Below are positions 25,501-40,500 of a stretch of 64,000 nucleotides of DNA, one piece after another (the stretch's first letter is position 1; each line of letters starts with the position of its first letter). The position numbers and the translations under genes are program-made. Origin of the DNA: Octopus sinensis. Lineage: Eukaryota. Below the pieces are notes generated by a model that had not been told where the DNA came from, did no database searches, and worked only from the letters and a program-made list of their open reading frames with translations. Location of the stretch: positions 12,647,360 to 12,711,359 of the forward strand of contig NC_043019.1 in assembly GCF_006345805.1 (NCBI RefSeq). Direction: 5' to 3'.

Positions 25501-28500
25501 GCTTCACCTCTTGATAGTTTAGATTTGCTTCTAGGCACAGGAGTGGCTGTGGTAAGTAGCTTGCTTACCAACCACATGGTTCCGGGTTCAGTCCCACTAC
25601 GTGGCACCTTGGGCAAGTGTCTTCTACTATAGCCTCGGGCCGACCAAAGCCTTGTGAGTGGATTTGGTAGGCGGAAACTGAAAGAAGCCCGTCGTATATG
25701 TATATATATATATATATATGTATATGTATGTGTGTGTATGTTTGTGTCTGTTCCCCCAACGTCGCTTGACAACTGATGCTGGTGTGTTTACACCCCCGTC
25801 ACTTAGTGGTTCGGCAAAAAAGAGACCGATAGAATAAGTACTAGGCTTACAAAAAGAATAAGTCCTGGGTCGATTTGCTCGACTAAAGGTGGTGCTCCAG
25901 CATGGCTGCAGTCAAGTGACTGAAACAAGTAAAAGAGTAAACCCATGACTTAGTTGTTTGGCAAAACAAGACAGAAAATAACAACGTGACAAGAGAATGA
26001 GTGTCATGTCTTACCTCTGTATCCCTCAGGACTGCTGACATTGCATGCCCAAAACAACACTTTGGAATTGATAAAGTTAACCACATTAGGATTGCATAAC
26101 GTTTCTCTGAAAGAAGCAAACAAGGAAGAAAAACCAGTTGGAAAAAATATCAGAAGAAAATGTTTTAATATTCTTAATTTAATCTATAACAAACACCTTG
26201 CCTTCCACAAGAAGAAAATCACTCTCTGTCAAAACAAATTTCTTTGTAGTATGTGGATGACAAGGTGGAAAATTTGAGAGAGGCATTAACCCTTTAGTGT
26301 TCAGATTATTCTGTCAAATGTGATGTTTGTTTATTTAAAATGGTTTGAATTAATCCTGCATTATCTTGTAGTTTAGAGATTTCAGTGATGTGATTTTTTA
26401 GTTTTAGAATGCCATGGTAGGGCTGTGGTGAGAGGCGAGATCTGGTCAGTTTCAATATAAAACAGGTTAAATATTTTGGCCGGATATGCCCGGTTTGAAT
26501 GCTAAAGGGTTAAAGAGTTGGATAGTTGGTTGGTTGGTTTGGTTTTAGAGAGCTGAGTAGAAGCAAACAAGAGAATTTACCGGCAGAATACCATAGAGTT
26601 CCTAAGGCTGTCGTCGTGAAGATAGACAAGGAGGAAACGCAGCTCTCGCTTAGCATCGTTGATTGCCTGAAAAGAGATACAAAATCTTTATGTATAAAAA
26701 CATCCTAGACAACTACAGACAGGCATAGTATATTGGCTAGGCTTTAAAAGGGTGCATTTATTTGTCTTCTTTTCATATAATAATATAATGAAATTATTGT
26801 ATACAGTGCTCAGGTGCACCACAACTTGTCAGAAAGTGCATATAAATTACATGCAGTAATGTACAAATGTCTGGAAAGTGAACAATGTATGAGTCAGATA
26901 CATGCTTGTGTGTGTATGGAGGGGAGAAAATCAAGTGTAGTGTTGGCGAATCTCAGGAAGCATGGAAGTTTTGAAGGATGCAGTGCTCCGTCAACTAACA
27001 ACCGATGCCGGCAGTTTGTTCCATGCTTCAGCAACTCTCAGCATGAAAAAATGTTTCCTGGTCATGGGAGCTGTGCTGTTTTCTGACTTTGTAGGCATGT
27101 CCACGGGTTCCTTTTGAAGTTTAGCTTGTCCCTTCTAGCCTTGTTCCAACCTTACAAAGCAAATCACTTAAAAGTAATACCACACAATACTTCACCCAAA
27201 CTACTCCATTTTATACACACACACATACATACATACATATCATTTACTTGTTTCAGTCATTAGACTGTGGCCATGCTGGGGTACCACCTTGAAGGAATTT
27301 TAATCAAATGAATCAACCCAAGTTATTTTCTTTTGTAAAGCCTGGTACTTATTCTATTGATCTCTTTTGCTGAACTGCTAAGTTACAGTGGTGTAAACAC
27401 AGACATTGGTTGTCAAGTGACAGTGTGGGACAAAGATATAGACATATTATACACACACACACATAATGGGCTTCTTTCAGTTTACATCTACCAAATCCAC
27501 TCACAAGGCTTTGGTTGGCCTGAGGCCCATGCCCAAGGTGCCACACAATGAGATTGAACCCAGAACCATGTGGTTGGGAAGTGAGCTTCGGTACACAATT
27601 TAAAGAATATGAATGAGTGGTAAAAAAAAACAAAACAAATAGGTCTAGGCTCAGGAAAATTAAGAAATCTTTAATGTTTTGAGTATAAGCTCTTCTGGAA
27701 AGATAGAGGAGCCAAGAGGAAAAAAGAGAAAATGTCTCAATTAGATGGTCACTACATACTGAAATGACAGGGAGAGGGAATGTATAGAAATCACGCAAAC
27801 ACATTTTTCCACTTCCACACGCAAAGAAACAAACAATTGTACTCACCTGGCTATATGACCCCTGATAGAAAACAGGATGTGTGTTACCAAAATCATCTTT
27901 GAATTTATTAATGAAAGCCATAACATCTCCTACTGGATCAGTAACATCTCAAAGGAAGAAAGAAAGAAAAAAAAATAAAGAATAAATAAAAGACAAATGA
28001 AAGTTGATGGAACTACATGGACGGCTGATATGTGTATTAGTGTGTGTGTGTTATACACACACAAAGACAATCCCCGCCCCTCTCCCCTCTCTCTCGGAGA
28101 GGCACAAGCAGCTATACGCACATATACACACACGGCAGTAACTTCATGACAAGAACTGAAAGAAGACCATTGCGCACATATGTATGTGTGTAAAAAAGGT
28201 GAAATTGAAAGCTTCTTCATGCAGCTGCAATTGCGCTGGGCTGAGCATGTTGTCAGAATGAGTGATGAAAGAATACCCCAAGTCCTCGTGTACAGCCAGC
28301 TTGATAGTGGGCACAGGAATGTTGGTCGACCATGGCTCAGATATAAGGATAAGTTGAAAGGTAACCTCTCAGCAATCAATGTAGCTCACAACACTTTTGA
28401 GAAAACAGCTTTGAAGCAAACAAAATGGGTAAACATCATGTCAAAGCCTGTGGGCTTCTTTGCAAATTGTTGGCAGGAGTTAAATGTCAAAGAGCTAACT

Positions 28501-31500
28501 TTGTTTTAACGAGCATTAATAGGCTTAGGGGTGCAAGGCAATGGAGAAAAGTACCTGCAAATATACCACCTGCACTGACCGGTAATCCTCATACTTATAA
28601 CACCTGTGGGCTTCTTTGCAAATTGTTGGCAGGACTTAAATGTCACATTCAGCATTAGCATTGTGACTGACAAAGTGTAAGTTGTTGGATCCTCATACAT
28701 CAAAACCAAAGGCAGAGTCCATCATACATGAATGCGTGTGTTAATGTGTGCATACCAAATCTGGTGACCATGTGCAAATGTTATGTGTATTTACAGCTCT
28801 ACATCTGCCAGGGGCTGAGAACGGTCACTCAACTATAACAGCAACAACGTGACAAAAAGGAAACCTCCATATGGTCACTTAATTTGCAGCCAGTTCTCCC
28901 TTAACCCTTTCGTTACCAACCCGGCTGAAACTGGCTCTGATTACAAATGTCTTGTTTTCATAAGTTTTGAATTAAAATCTTCCACCTAACCTTAGTCACA
29001 ATTTATGTTCCTAACACTAGCTTAATGATAACTAAGTTATTTTATTAAATTCTTTGTTATATTTGAAGTAATTGAAAGAAACACAGAGCATCTCAAAATA
29101 AATACAGTAACGAAAGGGTTAAATTAAACCTTACTGTCTTGGAAAATATATTAAATAATGAAAAGAATGAAAGAGGTATTAGATAACGTAATTCTGCAAA
29201 AAAAGCAAAAAAAGACAGGATGGTTATGGAAGGAACTTCTCTGCTAGTAGTCAGTTGGATTTGGGGCTAAACATTAACAGACAAATTTCCATCTCCTTAC
29301 AACATTGGACTGTAAAATAAAATGTGACAGAGAAAATAGTTAAGAAAGAAGTACTTACTTTGTCTTGGGTCTGGCCAAAACAGTCTGTCTGGAAAAAGCA
29401 AAGAAAGACTAATTAGCAAAACAGATAATATACATCGTTATATGTATGAATGCATGTGTTATGCGTTTTTCTATGCTGGCACGGGTTGGACAGGTTCTGC
29501 CTCAAAACACCATCTCTTTCACAAGGTTCAACTTCCAGAAATAATAACCCTTTCCACTATAGGCAGTAGACCTGAAATTTTTGGAGAAGGATCTAGTTGG
29601 ATTACACTGAGGAGGAGGGGGCAAGTAGATTACAATGATCCAGTGTATAACTGGTACATATTTCATTGACCCTGAAAGGATAAAAGCAAAGTGGACCAGC
29701 TTTCCCTCTCCATGCCACCAATGCTATCCAAGGGAAAAGGAAAAGTCCAGTGGTTAGAGTGTTGAGTTTACAATCATGAGGTAGTGAGTTTTGATTCCTG
29801 GACCAGGCAGAGTGTTGAGTTCTTGAGCAAGACACTTTATTTCACATTGCTCCACTTCACTCAGCTGCAGAAATGAGTTGCGACGTCACTGGTGCCAAGC
29901 TGTATAGGTGTTTGCCTTTCCCTTGGATAATATTGGTGGCATGGAGAGGAGAGGCTGGTATGCATGGACAACTACTGGTCATCCATAAACAATCTCGTCC
30001 AGATTTGTACCTTGGAGGGTAACTTTCTAGGTACAATTCTATGATCATTCAGGAACAAAGAGGATTTTTACCCTTTACACACACACGTGTGTGTGTGTAT
30101 GTATGTATGTATGTATGTACGTACGTGTGTGTAATTATTTAAAACAATTTGATTTGACCCTATGCAATTAAAGTTGCATGGAGTCTGAATCAAACTTTAA
30201 AAAAATAATATATGTAGTTCTTACTAAATGTATATATTAGATAGATAGGTAGGTAGATAGATGTATTAATGGCAAGGAATTGAATAAATGAAAGCAGGGT
30301 GACCCAACATCTTGCCTAGTTTTATGTCAATAGGAAAAGTTAGATGAGACCAGTTGGATTCAAGCCTTTTGGCTTTACCCATGGAAGTTATGTTGGGTAG
30401 GAACATAGTACAGGATCAATGACAGGATACAAATTGCAGGCTCTCCACTGTTCTCTTTACTTGGTAACTTATCAGTTAAGCTGTCAGTGAACTTGTATTA
30501 AGACAAATGGCAATATATGCACTAATTTTCAAACTAGCATAACCTGTAAGCATCATGTAACATCATGTCAAAGAGGCATAAGAATTTTTTTTTTTTAAAT
30601 GTGTTATTGGAGTGTTAGTTGAATACTTACATGCAAATTTTAAAATATTGAAAACTGTGGTGAAAAAATATCGAAATGGAAGCATGAATGCATACGAAAT
30701 CCATTGCACTACTCCTTGGGGGCCTGATGATGTGGTTACATAGACACTGGAAGAGAAAATGGCAGGAAAAGACAAACTGGCATTAAATTAAGAATAGCAA
30801 GACACACAAAAAAAAAACCAGTTATATTATGATTAAAGATATGGAAATGAATAAAAGTGGAGGAATGAGAGAAAGGGAGAGAGGATGATAGATTTAATAT
30901 CATCACCTGTGATACCTGGATTTTGGGTACTTTCAACAGATTTCACTTGAATTTTTAGGCAATGTGTATGGGGGGGGGGACTGTATTAATAATGGAAACG
31001 GAATGAGAGTATGTGATGTACATGATTTCCTCAAAGTTATCTATGTACTGTATTCGATGGTATAAAAGACGTATGGGTGTATAAGATGTATCCCCATTAG
31101 ACGCAGTGCATATTCAGGGAAAAAAAATTTTGAGTACATTGGAACAGCACATTACAAACCATTACAAAAGTACCTTAGCTATGGCAGAAAACATTACTGT
31201 ATGTATATATATATATAGACTAAGCCAGGAGTGTAACCAGCCCACTTATGCGTACGTTCCCTTCATTGGATACTGCTTGCGAAGACCTGTTGAGGCAAGT
31301 GAAATCTTAATTGAAATCAAATTCGATGACTGGCATCCGTGCTAGTGGAGCACAAAGAGCACCATCCAAGTGTGATCGTTGTCAGCGTTAGGAAGGGCAT
31401 CTAGCTGTAGAAACTCTGCCAAATCAAGATTGGAGCCTGGTGCAGCCATCTGGTTCGCCAGTCCTCAGTCAAATCGTCCAACCCATGCTAGCATGGAAAG

Positions 31501-34500
31501 CAGATGTTAAACGATGATGATGATATATATATATATGTCCCCATAACTAGTAGTTTGGCAAAAGAGATTGATAGAATAAGTACCAGACTTTACAAAAAAA
31601 GTATTAGGGTTGATTTATTTGACTAAATTCAAGGGGTGCCCCAGCATGGCCACAATCTAATGACTGAACCAAGTAAAAGGACAAAAGATAACTTTTATCC
31701 TTTACTTGTTGAAAGGAAATCAAAACTAAAAAGGAAATGAAGACAAATACTAGTCTGTTTACTAACGTATAGGTATCACTAATATCATCATCATCGTTTA
31801 ACGTTCGTTTTCCGCGCTAGCACGGGTTGGACGGTTCAACCAGGGTCTGGGAAGCCAGGGGCTGCACCAGGCTCCAGTCTGAACTGGCAGTGTTTCTACA
31901 GCTGGATGCCTTCCTTGGTGTATATATACACACCTGGTTTTAACTCTAAAAACTGGGGGTGCAGTTTATATATGAGGTAAGTTTGAATATGAAAGGGAAA
32001 AATTTTGAACGTAGATTTAACGCTATATTAGGAGTAGGACTCCTACATACAGTATTAATTAAATTACAGTATAATTAAATACAGTAAATTTAAATACATA
32101 TTTGAAGACAGTTGAGTTTGATTGAGTCAGAAGACAGAGGTTGGAATTGAACTCACTGTTGGTCTCGGGGTGTTAAGTTCATGCTTGGCATCCGAGGTTC
32201 AGTGTTATTCGGTTGGACCGGGGTTGTAAAATGGGCGTCCACGACATCACGTTCGTTTAGTGTGTCTGTGACAGCTGACTGGAAATAGAAAACGATAGAG
32301 AGAGCCACAATATGAGAACAAAAGAGGAAACAACAAATCAAAGCATCTGTACATGCATGTGTATGTGTGTGTGTGTGTGTGTTTATGTAGGTGTGTGACA
32401 GTGGTTACGAGTATTTGGCCCACAACTGTAAGGTTCATGTGTTCAATTCCTGGACTGGGTTGTGTGTTGTGTTCTTGAGCAAGACACTTTATTTCACATT
32501 GCTCCAGTCCACTCAGCTGGCAAAAATGATGTGCACCTGTATTTCAAAGGGCCCAACCTTGTCACATTCTTTCTGTCATGCTGAATCTCCCAGAGAACTA
32601 ATTTCTAGAAAGTTGGGTGAGTATTTGCACTACTTGCAAGGCTTGGACAAGAAGACACTTGCCCAAGGTGCAGTGGCTATGCATGTCTGTGCAGCGCACA
32701 CCTATATGCATGTTAACATCACGAGCAGACTGTATTGTTGATCAGATCAACGGGAACCTTTGCTGTCGTAACCAACGGAATGCCAGATGTTGATAGTTGC
32801 ATGCATGTGTGTAGGTATGTGCACGAGTGTATATGAGCACAAACATGGCTGTGTGGTTTGCAGTGAAATGGTCCTGGCAAGCTGGAAGGATGCACCAGAC
32901 TCCAGTCTGATTTGGCGTGGTTTTCTACAGCTGGATGCCTGCACTTCCTAATGCCAACCACTCTGAGAGTGTAATGGGTGCTTTTACACACCACCAGCAC
33001 GGGTGTCATTTACATGAACCCAGAATCTACCAGGACTGCAATTTTGCTTGGTTTGATGGGTCTTCTTCTCAAGCACAACATAATGCCAAAGGTCTGGTCA
33101 TTCGTCGATCTGGTGAAAACACTGCCTCTAGTTCTATTTAACTTCCTACTATCCATCATGATCTGGTGGTTGGCTCACTAATTGATTGATTGGTAGGCAG
33201 AGGTGGTTTGTGGTTTATACATAGTACTGAAAACAGAGAAAGGGTCACCACAGAAACATTTAGTTACCTCTATATTCCATTGATATCGCTCCAAAATTAC
33301 TTTACAGCGATGCAAATCCTCTATCATTGTAAGGTCCTGCAAAAAGACAAAAACAAAATAAGAATAAAAGATAACTGAAGTTGTGAGATAGTAAGAGAAG
33401 CAGCTAAAAGAAAAAAAAAAGAAACTAGTTTTGGTCTTCATTTCTCAGAACCTCAAAATTAAAAAGCTTGCAGCACAAGTGAGAGTTTAGAAGGGGCTCT
33501 TAACTACTACTTTTCTGCATATCAAGCAAGGCTATTTCCCTGAAGGTACCAGGGTCTGGTCTTCACTTTTTTTACTAAAACCCTCATCTCTGCTAAGTTT
33601 ACCTCAAGGCCTCTCAATTTTAGGTTTAGCTTCCATGCCTACAATTTCTTCTCTAATTCCACAATGGATTCAGCTACGAGAACTAATCATCAGCATACAG
33701 AAATTCCCAAGGATGATAGCCTGTAGGACTATGGTAAATAAGAAAGGACTGAGAGCTGAACCCTGATGGACTCCTACCTTTAGGCTAAATTCATCAATAA
33801 AGTCACTGCCAGCATCCTTGTAGATAGCTTGAACAGTCAGCACAAACCAATCATCATTTCCTTGTTTCCTCAGAGCTTACAAGGTTACTGAAAGTGGTAC
33901 CTAGTCAAAAGCTTTCTCCAAATCAATGAAAGCTAAGTGTTGTGGTTTATTCTTAGCCAGGTAGTTCTCCTGGAGCTGTCTCATTAGGAAGCTTGCATTT
34001 GAGATGCTTTTTCCAGAGACAAGGCAGAACTGAACCTCATCCAGGTTTAATAAATCACAGATCAATTGGGAATTGAGTTTGCCCAAGATCTTCATAACTT
34101 GATCTAGAAGTTTGATATATATATATATCGAAACGTAGAGTAGATGAAACCATGTTGACTGAAGAAGGGGTTTTTTCCTTGTGTTATTTGTCCTGTACTC
34201 TATTTTTTTGTTGTTTAAAAAAATGTCCAGTTCCTTGGGTTTGTGTCTATGTTTTCGTTTCTCATTGTGTTCGACGTCTTTTTGGTGTCCTGTACTCATA
34301 TATGCGTGTATATATACATGTAGAGGTAGGTACGTACATATATAGGGAGAGAAAGAGAGATGCAGGCGTGGGCATTAGGCATAAGTATGGCTATGTGGTT
34401 AAGTTTGTATCTGAACTAAATGGTTTCAGAATTAGTTCTACTGTATGACACCTTGGGCAAGTGACTTATACTAGAGCCCCAGGTTAACCAAAAAGCTTGT

Positions 34501-37500
34501 GAGTGGATTTGGTAGATGAAAATTGAAAGGTCACTACCTATATGCACAATCCTTTCATTTAATGCCTGTTTTCCATGCTGACAAGGGTTGGAATATATAT
34601 ATATATATATATATATATCTTTCATCGTTTAATGTCTATTTTCCATGCTGGCATGGGTTGGATGGTTCGACTGGGGTCTGAGAAGCCAGGAGGCTGCACC
34701 AGTCTCCAGTCTGATCTGGCAGTGTTTCTACAGCTGGATGCCTCTCCTAACACCAATCACTCTGAGAGTGTAGTGGATGCTTTTTTTTATGTGCCACCAG
34801 TACAGGGGCCAGAGGGGGCTGGCATCGACCATGATCAGATGGTGATTTTTACGTGCCACCACCACGGAAGCCAGTCAAGGCGGCGCTGGTATTGAGCACG
34901 TTCTGATGGTGCTTTTTATGTACCACTGGCACGGGAACCATAACTACAATTTCCAATTGATTGTGATTTGATTTTTATGTACTTGACTCAATAGGTCTCC
35001 TCAAGTACGGCATGTTGCCCTATGATCCAAGGTACTTTTTGAGTGGGCTGGTTATGCAACATTGGTGTAGGTTACATATATGACGGACTCTCCCATCGAA
35101 GATGACATACAAGTGTTCAGCTCTTGCCAAACAACCTGCACAAATGAACTGTTTATAGTAATCAAATGTATGTGGCATATATTACCTCACTCACTCCATC
35201 AAATTGATGTTACCTGAACAGGTGCGCAGTGTACCCTGCATCAGGTGTCAAAGTTATCGCAGAGCAAAGCAAGACGGAAGCGTTTTACTCAACAACACAA
35301 TGCACCACATGGTCTAGGATTTGAAATCACGATCTCGCAATTGTAAGAGCAACACCCTAACCACTAGGCCATATTATATATATATATCACGTGATCGACC
35401 AGTCCATCAGATGTAGTTACACATCACTGGTCACAATGCGTTCGCATTGTTTTAGCCTTCGAATGAAGCTGGCTAAGCGAGCAGGCCAACAGAAGAAAGA
35501 GTGGGAGAAAGAATGGTGAAGGAGTACAGCAGGGATCACCACCCCCTGCCAGAGCCTCGTGGAGCTTTTTAGGTGTTTTCGCTCAATAAACACTCACAAC
35601 GCCCGGTCTGGGAATTGAAACCGCGAGTCCGCTGCCCGAACCACTGGGCCATTGTGCCTCCACATATATATCTCTATTATAAAAGGCAGATTTTATCTGC
35701 CTCCCTTTGTAAGTTATAGAAATCTACAATATAGGATTTCTTCAATTACAATTTACCTAGCATTTTTAAGAGTAGAATGCATCGGGTCATGCCAGGTCCA
35801 GTTTTTAAAATTTAAACTCCAATTAAGCAAAATTTACAGAAAACTCACATTCTGGTGTGTATGTCAAATGCTTTTCTTAGTCTGGTTTACAGCATACGCA
35901 AACGCACACACACAGTGTGCAACGAATAAAGCGAAACTAGATGTAATATTTGTTTCTGTCTATCACGCTGATAGATACATGAGTAAAATGTATGGGAAGC
36001 TAACAGATAAGAGTGAGTGAAAATGTTCTTGGAAGAGAGTAAATTAGCGACAGAGTGATTTGAGGAAGACTAAACTGAAAGTATGAAACAGTGTTTATGT
36101 ATAAACAGACGACACTTATATAAACCCTTTCGTTACCAAACCGCCCGAATTTACCTATTCATATTTAAATGAAAATATCAGAGTAAATCTCTTTAGTACA
36201 TTCGTGAAAACACGTATTATACTTCGTAAACACTTCAAATACAGCTTTGTACAAAAATCGAAGTGTAATTTTAATTCCGTGAATTATGGGAGATTTTTTT
36301 CCGAAATTTGTTCCTATTGTGTTTTCAAAATTTGTAATTCTGACAAAAAATGGATACGAATTTCATTATATCAAGCAGCGAGTCAGAATTCGAAGGATTT
36401 TCTACTGAAGACCTTCATAAATCTAACTCTATGACTGAAAAAAAAAGCATCTTTATATAAGAGTGAAGTTGTGTGTCTGTCCCCTTCGATTTAGATTCGT
36501 AACTACACCCACATTTTGCAGTGCAGTTTAACCAAAAGCGGGTATCTTATAGTCGTGATTCATATCGAGCCCTTCTGGGTATTAGCGCGCGTCTACGATG
36601 AGTCTACGATTTAAAAAAAATTTACCATCATATTTTTCCATTTTAATGCATTTTTTTCGCTTTTATATAAGGGAAGTAACTCTCTAAAAATATCTACGAT
36701 GTGTCAACGATTTTAAAAAAAAATTTACCTTAATTTTTTTTCAATTTTTAATGCATTTTTTTGCTATTTTTTGGCTATAACTCTCTAAAAATGCTTGTAT
36801 AGTTATTTCCCTTACAACCCGAGCAACGCCGGGCGATACTGCTAGTATATATATATATATATGAGAAATAAGGATAAACACAATTATATATTATAGTTCT
36901 GTAGGAAACCAAGGTGCTTGAAAAAGAGGTAGTCGGTAGGAAAAAGGTCTGGGGAATATGATTTACTATTATGCATGTATATAGACATGTATGATGTATG
37001 TATGCATGTTTGTTTGTATTTCCTAGCCCTGACATCATGTGTGTTGCAAATGGTTGTCACTATTGCAGAAGCAGTGTCTTTATTTCCGATATTCTGTGAA
37101 AACATGTCTGGTCATGAAGAAATATTACCATACTTTGGAAACAGGTGAGAGTTGGTGATAGGAAGGGTACCCAACCATAGAATACTGCTTCCAGAGATTT
37201 TATCCAATCTATACTAGCAAGGCAAAAGCTTCAACAATGCGGAAATTCTATTCAAAGTAAGTACCATTACAATCAACACATTTTTGCCAGCGAGTTATAA
37301 GTTTGTTTATTCCGGTAACATAAAAAGCTGGAGTTCTGGAGCTGATGAACTCTTTGAACGCACTTCCAGTATTGGTTTTATTTTTGAACTCATTCTCTCG
37401 CAGGAAACCATCAAGGTGCTTGAAAAAGTGGTAGTCGGTAGGAAAAAAGGTCTGGAGAAAAAGTTGGGTGGGGAAGAACTTTGTAGCCAAGTTCCCTCAA

Positions 37501-40500
37501 CTTCTGGAGCGTCAATAGTGAAACGTTTAATGTTAAATTGTGTTATTTAAATATAGAATTTGACAACCATTATATATTTTATTCTTTTACAAGTTTCAGT
37601 CATTTGACTGCAGCCATGCTGGAGCACCACCTTTAGTTGAACAAATCAACCCTAGGTCATATTCTTATAGTAGAAGACACTTGCCCAAGGTGCCATGCAA
37701 GCTACTCACCACGCAGCCACTCCTGCGCCTATATATAATCTGTGTGTGTGTGTGTACATACTGTATATCTGTATAATACTTGCTATTAATGTAGTTATCT
37801 CGTGAATAGGTAAACAAACGGTAAAGTGTGTGTGTTTAATGCTAATTATGTTACAACATAACAAGCACGCGATGAAGTAATACTAGTAATACTTCCTGGT
37901 TACTTGAAATGGGAATGTCGAGAGGTTTAATAGTCCAGCAAACAATGGTGTTAAATACTCTATCAGTCTTGACAAAGAGCGTTCACTTGTTCAACCAAAT
38001 GAACTCCTACTTATGAAATTAACACGTGCAGCACAGCTGTCACTCGCAAGTCAGAATGATCTGGTGGTATGTGCCATGCTTGAAGGCAGCAAGCTGGTAG
38101 AAACGTTAGCACGCCGGGCGAAATGCGTAGCTGTATTTCGTCTGCCGTTACATTCAGAGTTCAAATCCTGTCGAGGTCGACTTTGCCTTTCATCCTTTTG
38201 GGGTCGATAAATTAAGAACTATGATGGACTGTGAAGTCTGGCGTAGCATAGTAAATTCCATTGTCTCGACCACGGTCGAACAATGATGATGATGATGAAT
38301 GTGTGGTAAGAAGCTTGCTTCCTAACCACATGGTTCCATGTTCAGTCTCACTGCATGCACCTTGAGCAAGTGTCTTCTACTATAGCCCTGGGCTGACCAA
38401 AGACTTGCGAGTGGATTTGGTAGACAGAAACTGAAAAAAGCCTGTTATATATACACACACACACGTGTGTGTGACTGTGTCTGTACCCTCATCACTACTT
38501 GACAAGCCAGCACCATGTCAAACCGTCCAACCCATGCCAGCATGGAAAGCAGAAATTAAATGATGATTTGAGTGTGATCGTTACCAGCGTCACCTTACTG
38601 GCACTTGTGCCCCGTGCTAGTAGGGTGCTAAGAGCACCATCCGAGCGTGATCGTTGCCAGAGCAGCTAACTGGCTTCTGTACCAGAGGCATGTAAAAGGC
38701 ACCATTCGAGCGTGATCGTTACCAGCATCGCCTTACTGGCACTTGTAAAAACATTTGAGCAAGGTCATTGCCAGTACCACCTGACTGACCCCTGTGCCAG
38801 TGGCACGTAAAAAGCACCCACTACACTCTCGGAGTGGTTGGCATTAGGAAGGGCATCCAGCTGTAGAAACTGCCTGATCAAGATTGGAGCCTGGTGCAGC
38901 CATCTGGTTTGCCAGCCCTCAGTCAAATCGTCCAACCCATGCTAGCATGGAAAGTGGACGTTAAACGATGATGATGATGACTGATATTCATTTACAACAA
39001 TCACACAATGTCAAGACAAGGAGACAAACACACACACAACCAAATCCACTCACAAGGATTTGGCAGGTTCAAGGTTACAATATGCAATGAAGTAGGATTG
39101 ATCCCCAATCTATGTGGTTGGGAGGCAACCTCTTAACCATGCCTGCACATCATATGCTCATGCATCAAAAGGGAGCCCAGCTATGCTTTTTTTTTAGGTG
39201 TCTGGCTTACAAACTATGCCCATGTATGTATACCAAATTGTTCATAAATATGCCACACCATTCATTTGGGATGTTGTTTATAAAATTAAGGTTCTTGCAA
39301 TATTTATCAAACGTGTGGAAAAAAAAAATGGAAAGAAAAAGAGTAGAATTTGAAGAAATTTGCAAATATTAGAAATTGGCTCTCGTGCCGGCGGCATTAA
39401 AAGCACCCACTACACTCTCAGAGTGGTTGGCGTTAGGAAGGGCATCCAGCTGTAGAAACTCTGCCAGATCAGATTGGAGTCAGGTGCAGCCATCTGGTTC
39501 ACCAGACCTCAGTTAAATCGTCCAACCCATGCTAGCATGGAAAACGGATGTTAAACGATGATGATGAAGCTAGTATGCTCTGCTGGATGTGTAATGTCAG
39601 TGTGCATAGACGACAGAGTGTAAACACCCTGGGAGAAGAGTTGGACATAAAAAGCATCAGATACGGTGTGCAAGAGAGATGATTGCACTGATATGGTCAT
39701 GTGTTGCATATGGATGAGGACAGCTGTGTGAAGAAGTGTCACACTCTAACAGTGGAGGGAACTTGTGGAAGAGGTAGACCCAGGAAGACATGGGATGAGG
39801 TGGTGAAGCATGACCTTCAAATGTTGGGCCTCACAGAGGCAATGACAAGTTACCGGGACCTTTGGGGATATGCTGTGCTTGAAAAGACCTGGCAAGCCAA
39901 GTGAGATCGTAGCTGTGGCCGATGCAAGTGTCACGTAACTGGCTTGTTCAAAAGTACCCTTCTATTGTCAGGCAATATGCTGTGCTTGAGAAAACCTGTT
40001 GAGTCAAGTGAAATCACAGTCATGGCCAATGCCAGTGCTGCCTGGCTGGCACCTGTGCCAGTGGCACATAAAATGCACCATTCAAGCATGACAGATGTAG
40101 TGCTGGTGGCACATAAAAAGCACCATTCGAGCGTGGCCAATGCCAGTGCTGCCTGACTGGCTCCCATGCTGGTGGGGTGTAAAAGGCTACCATTTGAGCA
40201 TGGTTGATGCCAGTGCTACCTTACTGACCCCCATGCCGGTGGCACGTAAAACTCATCCACTACACTCTTGGAGTGGTTGGTGTTAGGAAGGGCATCCAAG
40301 TGTAGAAACCTTGTCAGATCATGTTGGAGCCGAGTGCAGCCTCCTGGCTTCCCAGTCCTCAGTAAAACCGTTCAACCCATGACAGCATGGAAAGCTGACA
40401 TTAAATGATGATGGATCAGATGGCCTCTGTGGGTGAAAGACACTCCTCTCCATGAATATAATGGGTTAAGAAAGGAGACTATCAGCTGCAAGAAATAATA

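Noticed and set aside
34125-34175. Hammerhead from GAAACGTA...CTGAAGAAGGGG (similar order on the minus strand at 50760-50825 and 51390-51455)
   Set aside because: The core halves are in permuted order and I could not form stems I and II; they may be Penelope-related but are not supportable as ribozymes.
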